DNA of 63,967 bases, the filler included, from Polymyxa betae A26-41 (lineage: Eukaryota; Protista; Endomyxa: Phytomyxea), in NCBI GenBank assembly GCA_003693705.1. It is 9 parts of 9 records of this genome, joined end to end, with 100 filler letters (N's around TTAATTAATTAA, not from the genome) between each part and the next. Parts side by side here need not be neighbours in the genome. Positions count along the whole stretch, not along the records: positions 25,048 to 27,540 come from RBZT01000025.1; positions 27,641 to 34,914 come from RBZT01000834.1; positions 35,015 to 43,031 come from RBZT01000894.1; 6 more parts are not named here. One strand, 5' to 3'. Made by a program: the position numbers and the translations under genes. Positions 25,050 to 37,451 of the stretch are shown piece after piece (position 1 is the first letter of the stretch; each line of letters opens with the position of its first letter). The notes under the pieces are model-generated. The model worked only from the letters and a program-made list of their open reading frames with translations, did not search any database and had not been told where the DNA came from.

Positions 25050-25841
25050 GGAGAACGTTCTCAACACTGGAAATTCTGGACCAACGCAATCGTCCATGGG
25101 CGCTTCAGTCCCGTTGCGTGCCGCACAGTCTTGAACGCTTGTTCCTTTGGGCAGGATGCAGCCGTTCGTGCGCAACTGATTCTTACAGATCATTACTTTA
25201 GTGACTGGGCCAAATTGTTCGGTGTGTTAGACACCAAATTTAAAGGACCTCATCGCCCATCTAGAGGCTACAGAACACATAATAATCTGGAATTCGATGT
25301 GCTGATAGAGTACAAAGATGTGACGCGGTCGCTTTTCAGCGTTTTAGGTGGAAAACAGAACATCTCCCGGTGTTCTGTTATCAATGGTTTGCCGATTGAG
25401 AAATTGATCTTCAAGCCGGGAAATGTTCTCCATTTCGAAATATCTCAGGACCCAAAAAACTTCGTTGCAAAACTGTTTCAGCTTGAGCAAGTTCTTATAC
25501 TGCGCGATGTTTTGTTGGACCCGATTACAAAACAAGCGCCGCAGGCGCCGGTTGCATGCGGTCTGCTCCTGGACGGCAACGTTCATGAATTTGATCAAAT
25601 AGCTGCAAAGGTTACGGATGCTGCAGAAGCCTTCGTTGCCGACCCTACAGCGTTCGGGTTTCTTCCGGATGTTCATCTCTTCAAACAGCCGTTATTGCTG
25701 ATTCACATGCCTTTCCAAAATATCTATACGGAAGTGAAGAGGGTTCATCAGCAAATTGCGGTCATGCAACAACAAATCACTGCAATTCATGGGGATCTGC
25801 AAAAACTTGTTTTTAAATTTAACAGCCTTTTCCCAGATTAA
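25050..25841 (+). CDS. PD-(D/E)xK restriction-endonuclease-fold protein with C-terminal coiled-coil (Crinkler C-terminal REase-like); 5' truncated at contig edge
   Basis: The frame is open back to the contig start. Motifs LEFDVLIE...VLHFEISQD...AKLFQLEQVL...ACGLLLDG, then heptad tail VKRVHQQIAVMQQQITAIHGDLQKL. Confidence 0.5.
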   Translation, partial: GERSQHWKFWTNAIVHGRFSPVACRTVLNACSFGQDAAVRAQLILTDHYFSDWAKLFGVLDTKFKGPHRPSRGYRTHNNLEFDVLIEYKDVTRSLFSVLGGKQNISRCSVINGLPIEKLIFKPGNVLHFEISQDPKNFVAKLFQLEQVLILRDVLLDPITKQAPQAPVACGLLLDGNVHEFDQIAAKVTDAAEAFVADPTAFGFLPDVHLFKQPLLLIHMPFQNIYTEVKRVHQQIAVMQQQITAIHGDLQKLVFKFNSLFPD

Positions 25842-27959
25842 TGATATCTGGTTCATTAATGGTATACAATCTTAAAACATGCATTGCCAGTCCAGAATAC
25901 AATTCACCAGGAAACCGTTTCTTTACTTGCTCTGAAGTTCACATTCAGCTCCATTTGGAGACGTTGAACCGTCCTCTGTTTGATGGACTCATACAAAAAA
26001 CGTCATTTCCAAAGAAAGTTTCAGCCGTTTTCCCAGCTGTGATGCTCTGGGCCTGATCAACTGTATTATTACTTCAGGTAGTCCGTTGACAGTGGAAACC
26101 GATCACTCTGCATAAAGATGCCGCTTGCGTGCTCACAGCTGGCTGAGAATTCCAGCGGGGGAGTGATCATGATTCAGGACCAAATCCCAGCGAAACCTGT
26201 TATGCCATGGAAGAAGATTCTATGAAAAGGATCGCATATCGATGATCTTCGCAAGTCTCATCGATGGGTTCAACGACTGTCATTCACAGTAGACAGCCAG
26301 TAGTATTTTTCAACGGTACGGTTAACTTTTTTCAGTCGACGAAAGACAGGCTGCGCTATATGGAGTTCCAACCCTAGGAAGAAAATTTCCTAGAAATTAA
26401 TTCCAATGCGTAGAAATCGAAGAAGACGCAGTCCTGCTATACCGCCTGATGTCACTCACAAAACCCTAACCTTAACAGGGTTACCATATGAACTCAAAAC
26501 CCGGCTGCTATCACACGCTGTAACAAGAATCGGACATCCGTTTTTGTAGGCTTTCTGCAACAGCCTTTTCATGGGTTTGGGCCGCTTCCAGTATGCGGAA
26601 AATGTGACAGTTTATTACGGAATACGAGAGTTGACAAGGGGTGTCACGCAATAAACAATTTATGCGTGGTGTTCGGAAAATTTTTCTCGTGCGACAAATT
26701 TCGTCGTGCTCGTTCTGAGAAGGGATTTTCTGCCAACGATGTGGGATGCCAGACGGGGTGTGTGACTTCGCTTGGTCAATTCAATACTTCGACATTGCTG
26801 TATTGATCTATGATACCTCGGAAGCGAAAGCCTATTATCGAAATGATTTGGGATGCTGTTAAACGTTTACCCTGCGCTCATTGGCTCATTGCAATTTCTT
26901 TGTTTAACGGGTTGGTCAATTTTTTGCCCTCTGCTTTATCATCATTTTCCATTAAACATATTCACAAATATTAAAGATGTGGAGCGTGAGAAGTGGTTCG
27001 GCCAAGAGCAGGAACTGTTTGCAGGAACGAGATGGGCCTCGACCTGAGCCACCGAATGTCTCGAGACTTGTTGTGACTCCCTTCTTTCACCCTCTTCNNN
27101 NNNNNNNNNNNNNNNNNNNNNNNNNNNNNNNNNNNNNNNNNNNNNNNNNNNNNNNNNNNNNNNNNNNNNNNNNNNNNNNNNNNNNNNNNNNNNNNNNNNN
27201 NNNNNTGACAAAACACAGTCGGCGCCAACGCCTTCGTCATCGCATCCGTCTCGATACGGAAGGACATTGTCACGACAGAGAGATTTACTGGAGATGATTA
27301 CTGGCAATGGGACAATACAGGATGTCAGTAGACGGATGGACCTCGTTTGGCAAAGTCAGACATGCCTTCGAAGAAAGAACGAAACTGTATGTTCACGAAT
27401 CCATCTCTTTAAGAACTAATACAAAACTAAACCCTTGAACAGTTAACAAAATGTAAAGTCCGCATGATCGATAAAAAAACACCACGATCAAGCATCAAAA
27501 AGATAATTACTCCAATAAAGCCCAAATTTCGCAATTTGACNNNNNNNNNNNNNNNNNNNNNNNNNNNNNNNNNNNNNNNNNNNNTTAATTAATTAANNNN
27601 NNNNNNNNNNNNNNNNNNNNNNNNNNNNNNNNNNNNNNNNTGTTTAACTGGATCAGTAACAATGACAGTAATGATGACGACGCTCACGATACGAATCAAT
27701 CTGGCCTCTCTAAATACGGGAATCTATTTATAGATTCCGTATTCTGTATTCCGTATTTCGATCTGAAAAAGTTCCGTACCTACTGCATTTCAAGCGCAGT
27801 TCTGAGCATTACACTACATGCTGGCTTACTCCATGGTGCCATATCTTTTACTGCAGGACGAGCATGGAACTCTTTGAGCCCCAGGTTAAGCGTTCTTGCA
27901 AGTATGACTCTGTTTCAGTCGTATCTTGCCTTAAAATAAGGTCTCCAAGTTAGCGCCCG

Positions 27960-28700
27960 CTCTCCTCAATCGTCTGAAGACATCGCTGTGCGCTGTCAAT
28001 TCTGTGTTTGCTTTGGGCGGAAAGGCTCTCTCAAGGAGTCATCTACGTCATGGAAATTTGAAGGTCCTCCTTCCAGAACCAATAACTATACCCAACATCA
28101 TCGTCTTAACCACAAAACGAGATTGGAAGAGTATCAGAAATTGTCCCGTGCAGAGAAATCGTCCTACTTTGATGTTATTGTGAAGCACTCTGAAACGATT
28201 TGCCATTATATGGAAAGCCGTTCAGCAGCAATGTCTTTCGACATCCGGAAATCCATTGTCGATTGGCGATATGCTTTGGCTTGAAAGCGAAATGGCAGGA
28301 CAAACCAGGACCAATGCAATGTCTTTGTTTAATCCGAAGGACGATGATATTTGGGTGGAATCGGGCGTGGCAGAAGAGAAGAGGGAGTTGGAGGCCGCGC
28401 AAGTCTGAAGCCAAGTTGAAGGTCCATCCATGTGACACTCGTTTGTAACGATAAAATAGCCCGTTCCCTTTCACAGGACATCTTCAGCAGTATGGGGCGA
28501 CCATATCGCCCCCTATTCCCTAAACTAAAGACAGTCAAATCGTCATTTGTGAGTCTCCATTCACGTCTGACCTGGGTCCATTGCTGGCAAAGCCTCCGGA
28601 CGGAGACAACGGCTGGGCCCGGGAGGCCCTAAACGCGTACATGCTGGAGCACGACCATGGCCAAGCGTTATCGGGAGGCACCTTGAATGGCATTCTTCCA
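27960..28700 (+). mobile_element. Degraded hAT-like DNA transposon remnant (N-terminal Zn finger)
   Basis: VRCQFCVCFGR...RTNNYTQHHRLNHKTRLEEYQKLS...KSSYF is a CxxC...HxxxxH finger of the kind seen in protist/oomycete hAT-like transposases. Downstream frames are disrupted. Confidence 0.45.
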
Positions 28701-29437
28701 ATATTCAGTAATATTAAATACTAACTATCTGTCTGGCCGTATTAGAGGCCTGAGGCAAAAACGATCGAAAGGTGGGCTTTTGTTGAGAAAATGATTTCAT
28801 TCAACTACGGGACAGAATCCAATTCCGCGCCTCAATTTTACTGAGAGACAAACCACGATTCGAAAATTTTGTTGAGGAATTAAGTCAAAGGGATTGCCGA
28901 AAAAATCCCGGAGTTCAAGAGAGAATCATCACTGCTAGCATTAATGCTTGAGCAAGGATAGAAACATAAACTTCGGCGATAGGGCGACCTTAATCAGATC
29001 CGCTATCAGGTACAACAGCGAGGGATCTTTTGCACAAGCAAGCGAAGGTGTTTTTTTGGTCCATTTGAACAATGCAGATTATACACGCTATCGGATTGGG
29101 TAGAATCTAAAAATAGGTTCGAAGAAAGAAAATGTCCGAAGGCGGACAGCTGTAATGTAGGTTAATTTTCATAAGTTTGGGGTTAGGGTTTTGCGGTGTC
29201 GTCGGTTAGAACCAATGCCGCAAGGCGCCAGCAAGATCGGCGCAGCGGATCTCACATGCCACGGTATTCGACCGGAGATTCGGGTCCTAGAAGTTTACGG
29301 CGATTCTGGAAAGCACCGGATGGTTCCGGATTAGTTCCACCAAGACGTTCTGGAATGCGGCCGGATATTGAGCTGATCCGCGGACTTTGAGACCAGATCT
29401 CAACCATCACGGCATTCTCACTGCGACCGCCGCCGCA

Positions 29438-29731
29438 ATGAAACGAATCTCTCTGGCATTGATCGTCGTGGTCGTCGTCTGCGTCGCCTCCTGCCTGGGA
29501 CATCCGGACAATCGCAATGCGGATCGCCCAACGAGGCGGACGAGGACGCTTTTCAAGGGCGAATGTCTGAACGATGGCAACGATTGCCCGATTCCGAAAC
29601 GACGCCTTTTCGACCGCACCAAGAAACCGTTCGTGCCTCGGCCGACTCGACAGATTCCAACATTTGAGGGTGGAGGTACCTGTACTAACGATGGCAACGA
29701 TTGTTTCGGGTTCCAGATCCCCATTCCCTAA
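29438..29731 (+). CDS. Small secreted protein (97 aa) with two CxNDGNDC repeats; candidate effector/peptide precursor
   Basis: Signal peptide MKRISLALIVVVVVCVASCLG; units RPTRRTRTLFKGECLNDGNDCPIP and RPTRQIPTFEGGGTCTNDGNDCFGFQIPIP. Intronless and GC-rich relative to flanks. Confidence 0.75.
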   Translation: MKRISLALIVVVVVCVASCLGHPDNRNADRPTRRTRTLFKGECLNDGNDCPIPKRRLFDRTKKPFVPRPTRQIPTFEGGGTCTNDGNDCFGFQIPIP

Positions 29732-30689
29732 GATCATACACCGGGTCATAGATATCGACACGTTTCAAGCTACACGACCGTCCTATCATGTTACTTAAAT
29801 CCTTATGTTACTGTAAATACAAGTCATTAAGTGTTTTTAAAGTTGCGCGCGCGGATTCTGACGCTTTGTTAAACTCCTGCCACATATAGCGCTTTAAAAA
29901 CAAAAAAAAGCTCGCCATTAAAGCGGATTTTGAAAGCGTTTCGAGAAATGCTTTGAAAAATTTAAAGCATTTTAACCCGTGGGCCGTGGTCCGAGGAGCG
30001 CCTTTTTTTGGAAAATAAGCCAACTTTGATACCCCGTACACTCTACAATACTCTCTCGACTGATTCCAAACCTCGGAAATTCCCCAGACAACCCTGACGG
30101 CCGTACGCCAAATGGTATCGCATTACCCTTGATACCGTCGGATTTGGCGGACAAACGGTTCGTCATGCTAACTGCCGTTGGAAAGTTGTTTTTCGCAGTT
30201 GTTTATTCAGTAAAGATGATTGAAGTTGATTGCTGATCAAACATCAGCAATGATTTGGCGGTTCTCGATCTCGAGAACCAGCGCATCACGATTCCGCTAT
30301 GGTCTGTTGGTTTGAGTATTCGGGCTCTGACACGATCGCATGATGGTCACAAAGCGCTGTAATGTTCCAATTATGGTTTCGGTGCCGCTGCTAATCGAAA
30401 CCGAACTCCTGATATCCCATTAATGTCACCACGGCGAGCACGACTTGGATCGCTTCTACTCGGTAGGAGCGAACTTTTATATCAAACGAAGAATGAGTGT
30501 ATTATTTTTATGCTATTACCCTGGTGTCATGCCGTCTTGCATGATGTGTCATGTGACAACACTAACGCACTGTATGCGCAGGAGTAGATGTCAGCTGGTC
30601 AACTCGACCCGGTTCGACCTGCTAAGGTATATGAGATGTGACCGGGGTCGGACCCGTCAACGTTTTCTCAATCTGGGTCGACTCGTTTG

Positions 30690-31000
30690 TATTTGAACCA
30701 TTGTTCCAATGTTCTTACGGAATTAGGTTACCCTCAGACTGAGCCAACCGTTCTTCACCAAGATAACCTTGGCTGTATTGCTTTCAGTATGGACGAAATT
30801 AGTCATTCGAGACATATTGCTCTAAGACATCAATTTATTCCTGATCTTGTGGCCAAAAATCAGCTTCAAGCCAAAATTTGGCCGACATTTTTACCAAGCC
30901 GCTTGGCCGGATTAAGTTTCAGGAGCTTGGTGCTCGAATTGGTAATATATCCCGAGCTGAATTTGACGACCTTCCCGTCGAGGGGGGGGGGAGCGTATCT
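30690..31000 (+). mobile_element. Ty1/Copia RNase H C-terminal remnant with polypurine tract
   Basis: LTELGYPQTEPTVLHQDNLGCI...SRHIALRHQFI and, frameshifted, NLADIFTKPL. Followed by GAGGGGGGGGGAG at ~30980. Confidence 0.85.
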
Positions 31001-32306
31001 CGCGCTGTTATCATTTTACGGACATTTTCTGTTGACAAATCGTGACGGCATGACGGCAACTGCCAATGCCGGCATGGCAAAGCAGCACTATTTAAGGCGA
31101 AAATAAACATTCTTTTTCTTCTTTTCTCCCTCATCTCTGTCTCATGTTCTGTTTGAATTCATCCGTACTATCAGCAGAGGCTTTCTTTATTGCATTCGGA
31201 ATCCCGCTCATGGAACCGCTGTCGTTGATGACAAGGAGAAAAGCAATTTGAAGCGCTCGTTCCGTATTCAGTTCAACTTTGTACTCCCGGACCCATGCAC
31301 ATAGAAAACACAAGTTTTGCACCCAGAATTCGACCGCATCAATATAATAAATACAAATCAACTCTACAAATCTCGATCAAACCCACACCAGCAAACACGC
31401 GTTCAGGCCACCGATATCAAAAGCCAGCCATCCACTCGACAGCTAATAACCCCTCGAAAGGCCAGTACGACCTGGCGCGGCCTCCATCCACGCCAGTAAC
31501 GTCAACTGACACGTCACTCCACTGGGAAAGGCGTCCAAGAGTATTTGATCAGTAAAACTTTGTCCTATTTGACTCATCTCAACAAGTTCCAAAAGCTCCA
31601 TATCCCTTCTTTTCGTGAAAAGGAGAGATGGATCCATCAAAACTGTGGGAATGAATTGAAGTTTTCTGGTTCGTAATGCCTGAGGCTGTACAGAGCCTAG
31701 CAGCACAAAGCCTGATCTATCAGGAGCTTTTAAAACTTTGGAATTCGGATGTTAATGGAAGCTAATACTAGTTGTCAATAAAATCGAGATGACTTCGGAA
31801 ACTTGGCGCGTGTTGTTGGATCGAGTAGGAGTGTGTCTTGACGCCCTCCCTTGTCGGATCCAAGAGCTGGGCGAGGCAATGGTTGGAGTGAAGGATTTGG
31901 CGATGTCAGCGGAAAGCCGACAAGGTAAGCACTCTCCCAACTAGCACCGGCCGAGGTGTTACGAACCAACAATAACTGCAAATATGAACGAAATAAGATT
32001 TTTAGTTAACGAAGGAAACTAGAGGAAGTAGAGAGATCAGGAGCAAGGAGACATTATATCAGACATTTGTTATCCAGAAACGGCGTTAACAGAACTGAGC
32101 TATCCTTTGTCCAGCTAGAGATGTGAATGTGAGTACAAAGAGGAAACAGTGCACAAGTTGCAGTGGCTGCACACTGTAACATTATCCACACGAGGAAGAG
32201 GCCCTGCGATGGGGCCCCCCGCATAGTTTCGGGCAGACCCCGACATTGGCGATCACAGATTCACTATCAAATACGGGTTGTAAACAGCCCCTAGCCCTCT
32301 AGAGGC

Positions 32307-32461
32307 TTCATCAGCAATAAAACGATAGAAAAGCTTATTGAAATTCAGCATTTGGCAAAAGAAACTTCTCAGCAATAAAACAAAAGAATATCGAAATTCA
32401 GCATTTTGCAGAGAGACTCCATCAGCGATAAAACAAAAGGAAAGCTTATCGTCATTCAGCA
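32307..32461. repeat. Three diverged tandem copies of a ~55-bp unit upstream of the Helitron ORF
   Basis: TCAGCAATAAAAC...AAAGCTTAT/GAAATTCAGCA recurs three times. Confidence 0.65.
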
Positions 32462-33131
32462 GGAGCTCTGTACGAAGACGGGCGTCGACCGGCGCAACCC
32501 TAATTCATGCGACTTGGAGAGCTGCGAAATTCAGAGCGACGAAGCCAGCCTGAATCACCTTTGATTCTAACCGTTTGTCGTTCGTGGAAACCATCAATGT
32601 CGACCTTTGCTGCAATACGAATTCCACTTGGAAGGTTACAGAATTTGGTCGTATGAATGTATGGATTCCGATCCTGTTTATGAGTTTCTGAAACATTACC
32701 ATTTCCGGCTTTTTCCGCTATCAGCGCCGTGGATGTTGTAAATTAGCGCTGCTGTCTGGGGTGGTACGCTTTTTGTGACATCTTCAGGATTTTAGGTTGA
32801 AATTGCAGAGTTTCTGCTTATAGGTGAGCTTATGGCCTAATAATGATATGTCGAAGGAGGTGTTCAAAGTATCTCTTTCTCCTGATTGCAGAAGCGGCCT
32901 CTGCTTCCTTTTTCAATTCTCAGATGGTCGCGACATCGTTTATGGCCAGATCGGGCTCTGTTACGTACGGGATGGTCACGCTGATTTGTACGTTGCGTCT
33001 TTCGATCTTTTCGGGATAGCGATCGTGGACTATTGTTTGATTACAACATTTGATTCATATGCTTCTATTAGGTAACACATTTCATTGTCAGTATCAGGGT
33101 GATTTACATCTACAAATCCCTAGATATCGAT

Positions 33132-34914
33132 TCAATTAGAATCGATTGCAGGGAATGTTGAGCATTGTTTATGCAAACTCAAGACCTGCAAGACGATATG
33201 AAAGACTACATTTGATCTATGAAGCGATAAGGCAGTTAACTGCCAATTTAATAATCCAATTATCGATGGATTCCGAACCCAAATCATCCAGTCGTTAATC
33301 GAACAAATGCAAGGTATCGAAGACCCTCGACCTATTCTTGAACATGGATATATTCCTGAGCCAGTAATGTTAACGCCCATTATTCCTGATGCATTCAATA
33401 CAAGTCTGCAAATAGCATATGATCGCTATGGGTTACTAACCAGAAGAGACGGTGATCAAGTAGCCGTAAATCAGAACAACTCCCTGTTAGAAACATTTCT
33501 GTTTCCATATTTATTTCCTCAAGGTCAACAAGGCTACGATGAAACCAATGCTGATTGGACTTTAACAACGGCATTACGATATCGATTACGACATGTTGAT
33601 ACAAGATTCTCGGGATCGCCTAATTATGCCTTCTATGTAGTCGATCGTAAGGCAAAGATCACAGCATCAAATCGTATGACAGTTCGAAATGGTGCTCGAG
33701 GAATAATCACTGCTGGACATGTCCGGAACCATGTTGTAGGAACTCAAGTCCCACGAACAATTCATGCGTCGCCAGCATATTTTCATCATCATTATCTTAA
33801 CTTGTGCGCAATTGCAAGGAATCGACAAGCAGCTACAGACTGGAACACTATTACCGTCAATTATGGAGAACCTATTTTCGAACTCCTCCAAAATCGACGA
33901 CATATTGATATCGCATGTCATGATCTATGTATTGGATTTTGAACTAGACAAACACTATTCCGAGAATTCGAAAAACGATGGAAAGATGAAATGTATGGAG
34001 AAAAGGATTGGGCTGTCACGCGATTGGAGATTCAGGCTCGAGGAGGCCGATTTCATCTGCATCAGTTGTCGAGTTCAAAAAATCCAGAAAATGGTCGAAG
34101 ATATGTCACTGCGTGTCGACCCAGTTTAGAAGAACTCAATACTGCAGAGAACCAATATCTGTGATTCCTAGTCAACGTACATCAACAGCATCGTGTGTCG
34201 TTGCAAGATGTGGACCTGTTAATCGTTCGTGTTCGAAAGGCTTCCCTTTCACAGCAAGTGCCGAAACTCATTATGACGTTGCGTCGGGACGTTGGGTCGT
34301 TGATCGACGACCAGGAGATGAACGAATCGTTGCTTATAGACTATACGAATTGCTATGTTTGAATTCTCATCATGACTCTATGCCAGTTGGCAAGGACTTC
34401 CACAGAGGATATCTGGCTTCTTATTCCAGTAAAGCCAACGAATTTATAGTTCATTCGGAGCGAAACAATGAAAATAATGCTATCCATTTCCTCAGATCAA
34501 GGGAGCTTGACCTACCATTAGTACATGCTTTGGCTATGGGATGGCCAGCAATGAAATATGATAATGTATCAATCGTAGCAATCCCAGTTTGCCATCCCAA
34601 TAACATGAACGCTGGAGTCAAAACATTAGACAATCTAGAAGATGATGATGTCGATATATTATACCCAGATCTAGTCGATAAATATTGTGATTGGCCATTA
34701 GACCCACCTTATCAGGAGACGATATATACGGAATTCTGCCAAAAAGTTTGGATTGAATATCGGCGTGATAAATTTCCAGCTTATATCCGAGAAGCCCCTG
34801 AGGAATACCATCTACAACAATCTGTATCAACATATATTTTCTCCCAATGAAGTAATAAATACTGCGACACTGCGCACTGTTTAAACCACATTGCGATACT
34901 ACGCAAATGGTAAC
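33132..34914 (+). mobile_element. Helitron Rep domain (HUH endonuclease), pseudogenised and truncated at contig end
   Basis: LFPYLFPQG; ASPAYF...TITVN; RLEIQARGGRFHLH (HUH motif 2); CSKGFP; YLASYSSK (motif 3). In-frame TGA at 33940 and ~34161 plus a frameshift. Confidence 0.88.
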
Positions 34915-35014
34915 NNNNNNNNNNNNNNNNNNNNNNNNNNNNNNNNNNNNNNNNNNNNTTAATTAATTAANNNNNNNNNNNNNNNNNNNNNNNNNNNNNN
35001 NNNNNNNNNNNNNN

Positions 35015-36700
35015 CAGAAATTACAGCGTTGGGGTCTGCAGATACAGAAGTTCAACTATGAGATTATTCATATCAGAGGTGAAGATAATGTATGGTCAGA
35101 TTTAATGACACGTTGGGGTGCCGCTCCTGAGATAAAAACTATTGCAGTCCGAGCACTAAGAGTCAGTGCAACAAAAACTCTGAGTAATATTCCAGCAGAA
35201 TACAGAGTTAGGCCTTTGCAAAGAGAAAGTTTCAAATGGCCATCAGAAGAAGAAATTCGAGAAGCACAGAGAAAGTATTTCGGACCAGGAGCTCACAATG
35301 ATTCTGATAATTTTATAATGAGAAAAAAAGGCAAAGTACAGATTCCTTTAGAGGCAGAGGATCTTAGAATTAGGCTATGTTTATAGCGCACTCTGGAGCC
35401 AACAGTGGACATTTGGGATACCAGGCTGCGTATGATAAGTTGAGAAACAGTATTTCTTCTGGCCTAACATGCATAAAGATGTATTAGCCTTGTGTAACAG
35501 TTGTTTACACTGTCTACCGACAAGAGGTGGAGCAAGAGTTCCTAGACCACTTGGAGAAGCNNNNNNNNNNNNNNNNNNNNNNNNNNNNNNNNNNNNNNNN
35601 NNNNNNCATAAGTTTCAGTGGAACCTTATATTAACAGATGACTTATCAGGTTATATAAGAATTATATTACGCCAGTTGCGGTACCTGACAGTATCATAAC
35701 AGTAGATGCTTTGATGGATTGGAGAGCTAGTTCGCGAACTCCGGATATCATAGTGACAGATATGGCATCATACTTTATGTCTTCTGTAATGAGAGAATTT
35801 ACACAGCGGTGTAACATTAAGCATCATTTTGTGGTGGCTTACGGTCATTACAGTAACGGTTCTATTGAAGTTATCAATAAGCATTTTTTGTCTTTGATTA
35901 GAGCTTTAATATCAGAACTGCATTGGAACAAGAGTGATTGGCCTTGGCTTAATAAGAATATTGAGCATACAATTAATCATCGCCCACAAGCAAGATTAAG
36001 CGGTAGAGCTCCTGTAACAGTATTCACGGGACATCGTGCAGAAAACCCTTTGGATCAATTATTTGGTAGACGCAAAGAAAGCTCATTTTTGCTATGAACC
36101 CATATTGCAAGAAAAACTTTACCAGAATATGACGGAACTAGAAAGTTCTTTAACACAAATGCATAAGCATATAGATGTCCTTTCAAAGGATCAATGTAGA
36201 AGGAAACGTATTTAGCCTAATACTTTTAGAAAAGAACCTATGTATTGGTAGGAGATCCTGGCCCCACCAGAAGATCGGGAAAGAAGTTGTTTTTATTATG
36301 GAACGGACCATTTCGAGTTATTAAAACTCTAAATAATTAAATATTTGAGGTAGAGAATATACTCAATCAGTCGAATCGACTTGTCCATGGTGATAGAGTT
36401 CGTTACTATGCAGATAATCAGTTAGACATAACTGAGGAGATTAGAGCCCAATTTGCTTATGATAGTGCTAGTTATGAAGTCGAGCAATTCAAAGACTGCA
36501 GACTCAATTCGTCTACCCGCCAATTAGAGTTTTTAGTGGATTGGAAGGGATTTTCTCAGGACGAAAAAAGTTGGGAGCCTTTGCAGAATTTATGACTTGA
36601 TGTTCCAGTACTGGTTCAGGACTATCACAGAAAGCTAAAACGAAAAGCTGTAAGGCCGAGGTGTAGGAAATCCTGTTTATTCCGTAATAAACGTATATAA
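35015..36700 (+). mobile_element. Ty3/Gypsy chromovirus 3' region: RNase H end, integrase, chromodomain (disrupted)
   Basis: KLQRWGLQIQKFNYEIIHIRGEDNVWSDLMTRW; HHCC finger (HSG..GHLG...CNSCLHC); IVTDMASYF...SNGSIEVIN; WNGPFRV; YEVE...EFLVDWKGF...SWEPLQNL. Confidence 0.9.
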
Positions 36701-36769
36701 AGGAGAAACGGTGGACTCTTGAGTATTCAGCAACGACGATGGAGAGAAATGTAACGGCGGAGGCAGTAG

Positions 36770-36885
36770 AGACAGCGGAGACTGTGAGGACGACGGAGAC
36801 AGTGAGGACGACGGAGACAGTGGGGACGACGGAGACAGTGGAAACGACGGAGACAGTGAGGACGACGGAGACAGTGAGGACGACA
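36770..36885. repeat. 18-bp minisatellite GAGACAGTGAGGACGACG (~6 copies), reading GDSEDD repeats
   Basis: Directly visible tandem array inside an acidic low-complexity frame that runs toward the 37158 gap. Confidence 0.85.
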
Positions 36886-37451
36886 GAACAATGGAGATGC
36901 TGGGGACGATGGGTACGGCGGAAGGTTGTTGGAACGACGGGGCCGGCGGCGACGACGGCGCCGAAGAGGAGGTCGACGATGTGAGACGACCGATAGAGAG
37001 GTGTTGGTCAGAATGACCACGCACTGCGTGTGGGTGGGCGTTTGTCTTGGTGGGTGCGGCCTCTGGCGCAGCCCGGTCTACTGTCATGGCTAGTGTGCAT
37101 GACAAAAATGGACATGACTTGGCAGATTTGGTTTTAGAAGAAATCAAGAAGTGGACTNNNNNNNNNNNNNNNNNNNNNNNNNNNNNNNNNNNNNNNNNNN
37201 NNNNNNNNNNNNNNNNNNNNNNNNNNNNNNNNNNNNNNNNNNNNNNNNNNNNNNNNNNNNNNNNNNNNNNNNNNNNNNNNNNNNNNNNNNNNNNNNNNNN
37301 NNNCCGGAAACTCTCCGAGGTCCGAGATATCCTCCGACTCTGGATATATTTAAGGGCTTGTAATCTATCTAATATATTCATTCTGCATTCATCATTGCAA
37401 TCTTAACATCGAGATCTCAAGTAGCGCTATAAGCTCTATAAGGATAAACGA

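Noticed and set aside
29176-29194. Telomere-like TTTGGGGTTAGGGTTTT (and CCCTAACCTTAA near 26464)
   Set aside because: Only 1-2 imperfect units; not an array.
31100-32200. Fanzor/TnpB or other cargo gene beside the Helitron
   Set aside because: The degenerate minus-strand frame lacks RuvC and Zn-finger motifs. No Fanzor was recognised next to any TE in the window.
33940-34165. UGA recoding or an alternative genetic code
   Set aside because: GCH1, O-FucT and REV3 end in TGA, and the same TEs also carry frameshifts.
32307-36885. CRISPR-like arrays
   Set aside because: The repeats are contiguous minisatellites without unique spacers, in eukaryotic TE context.
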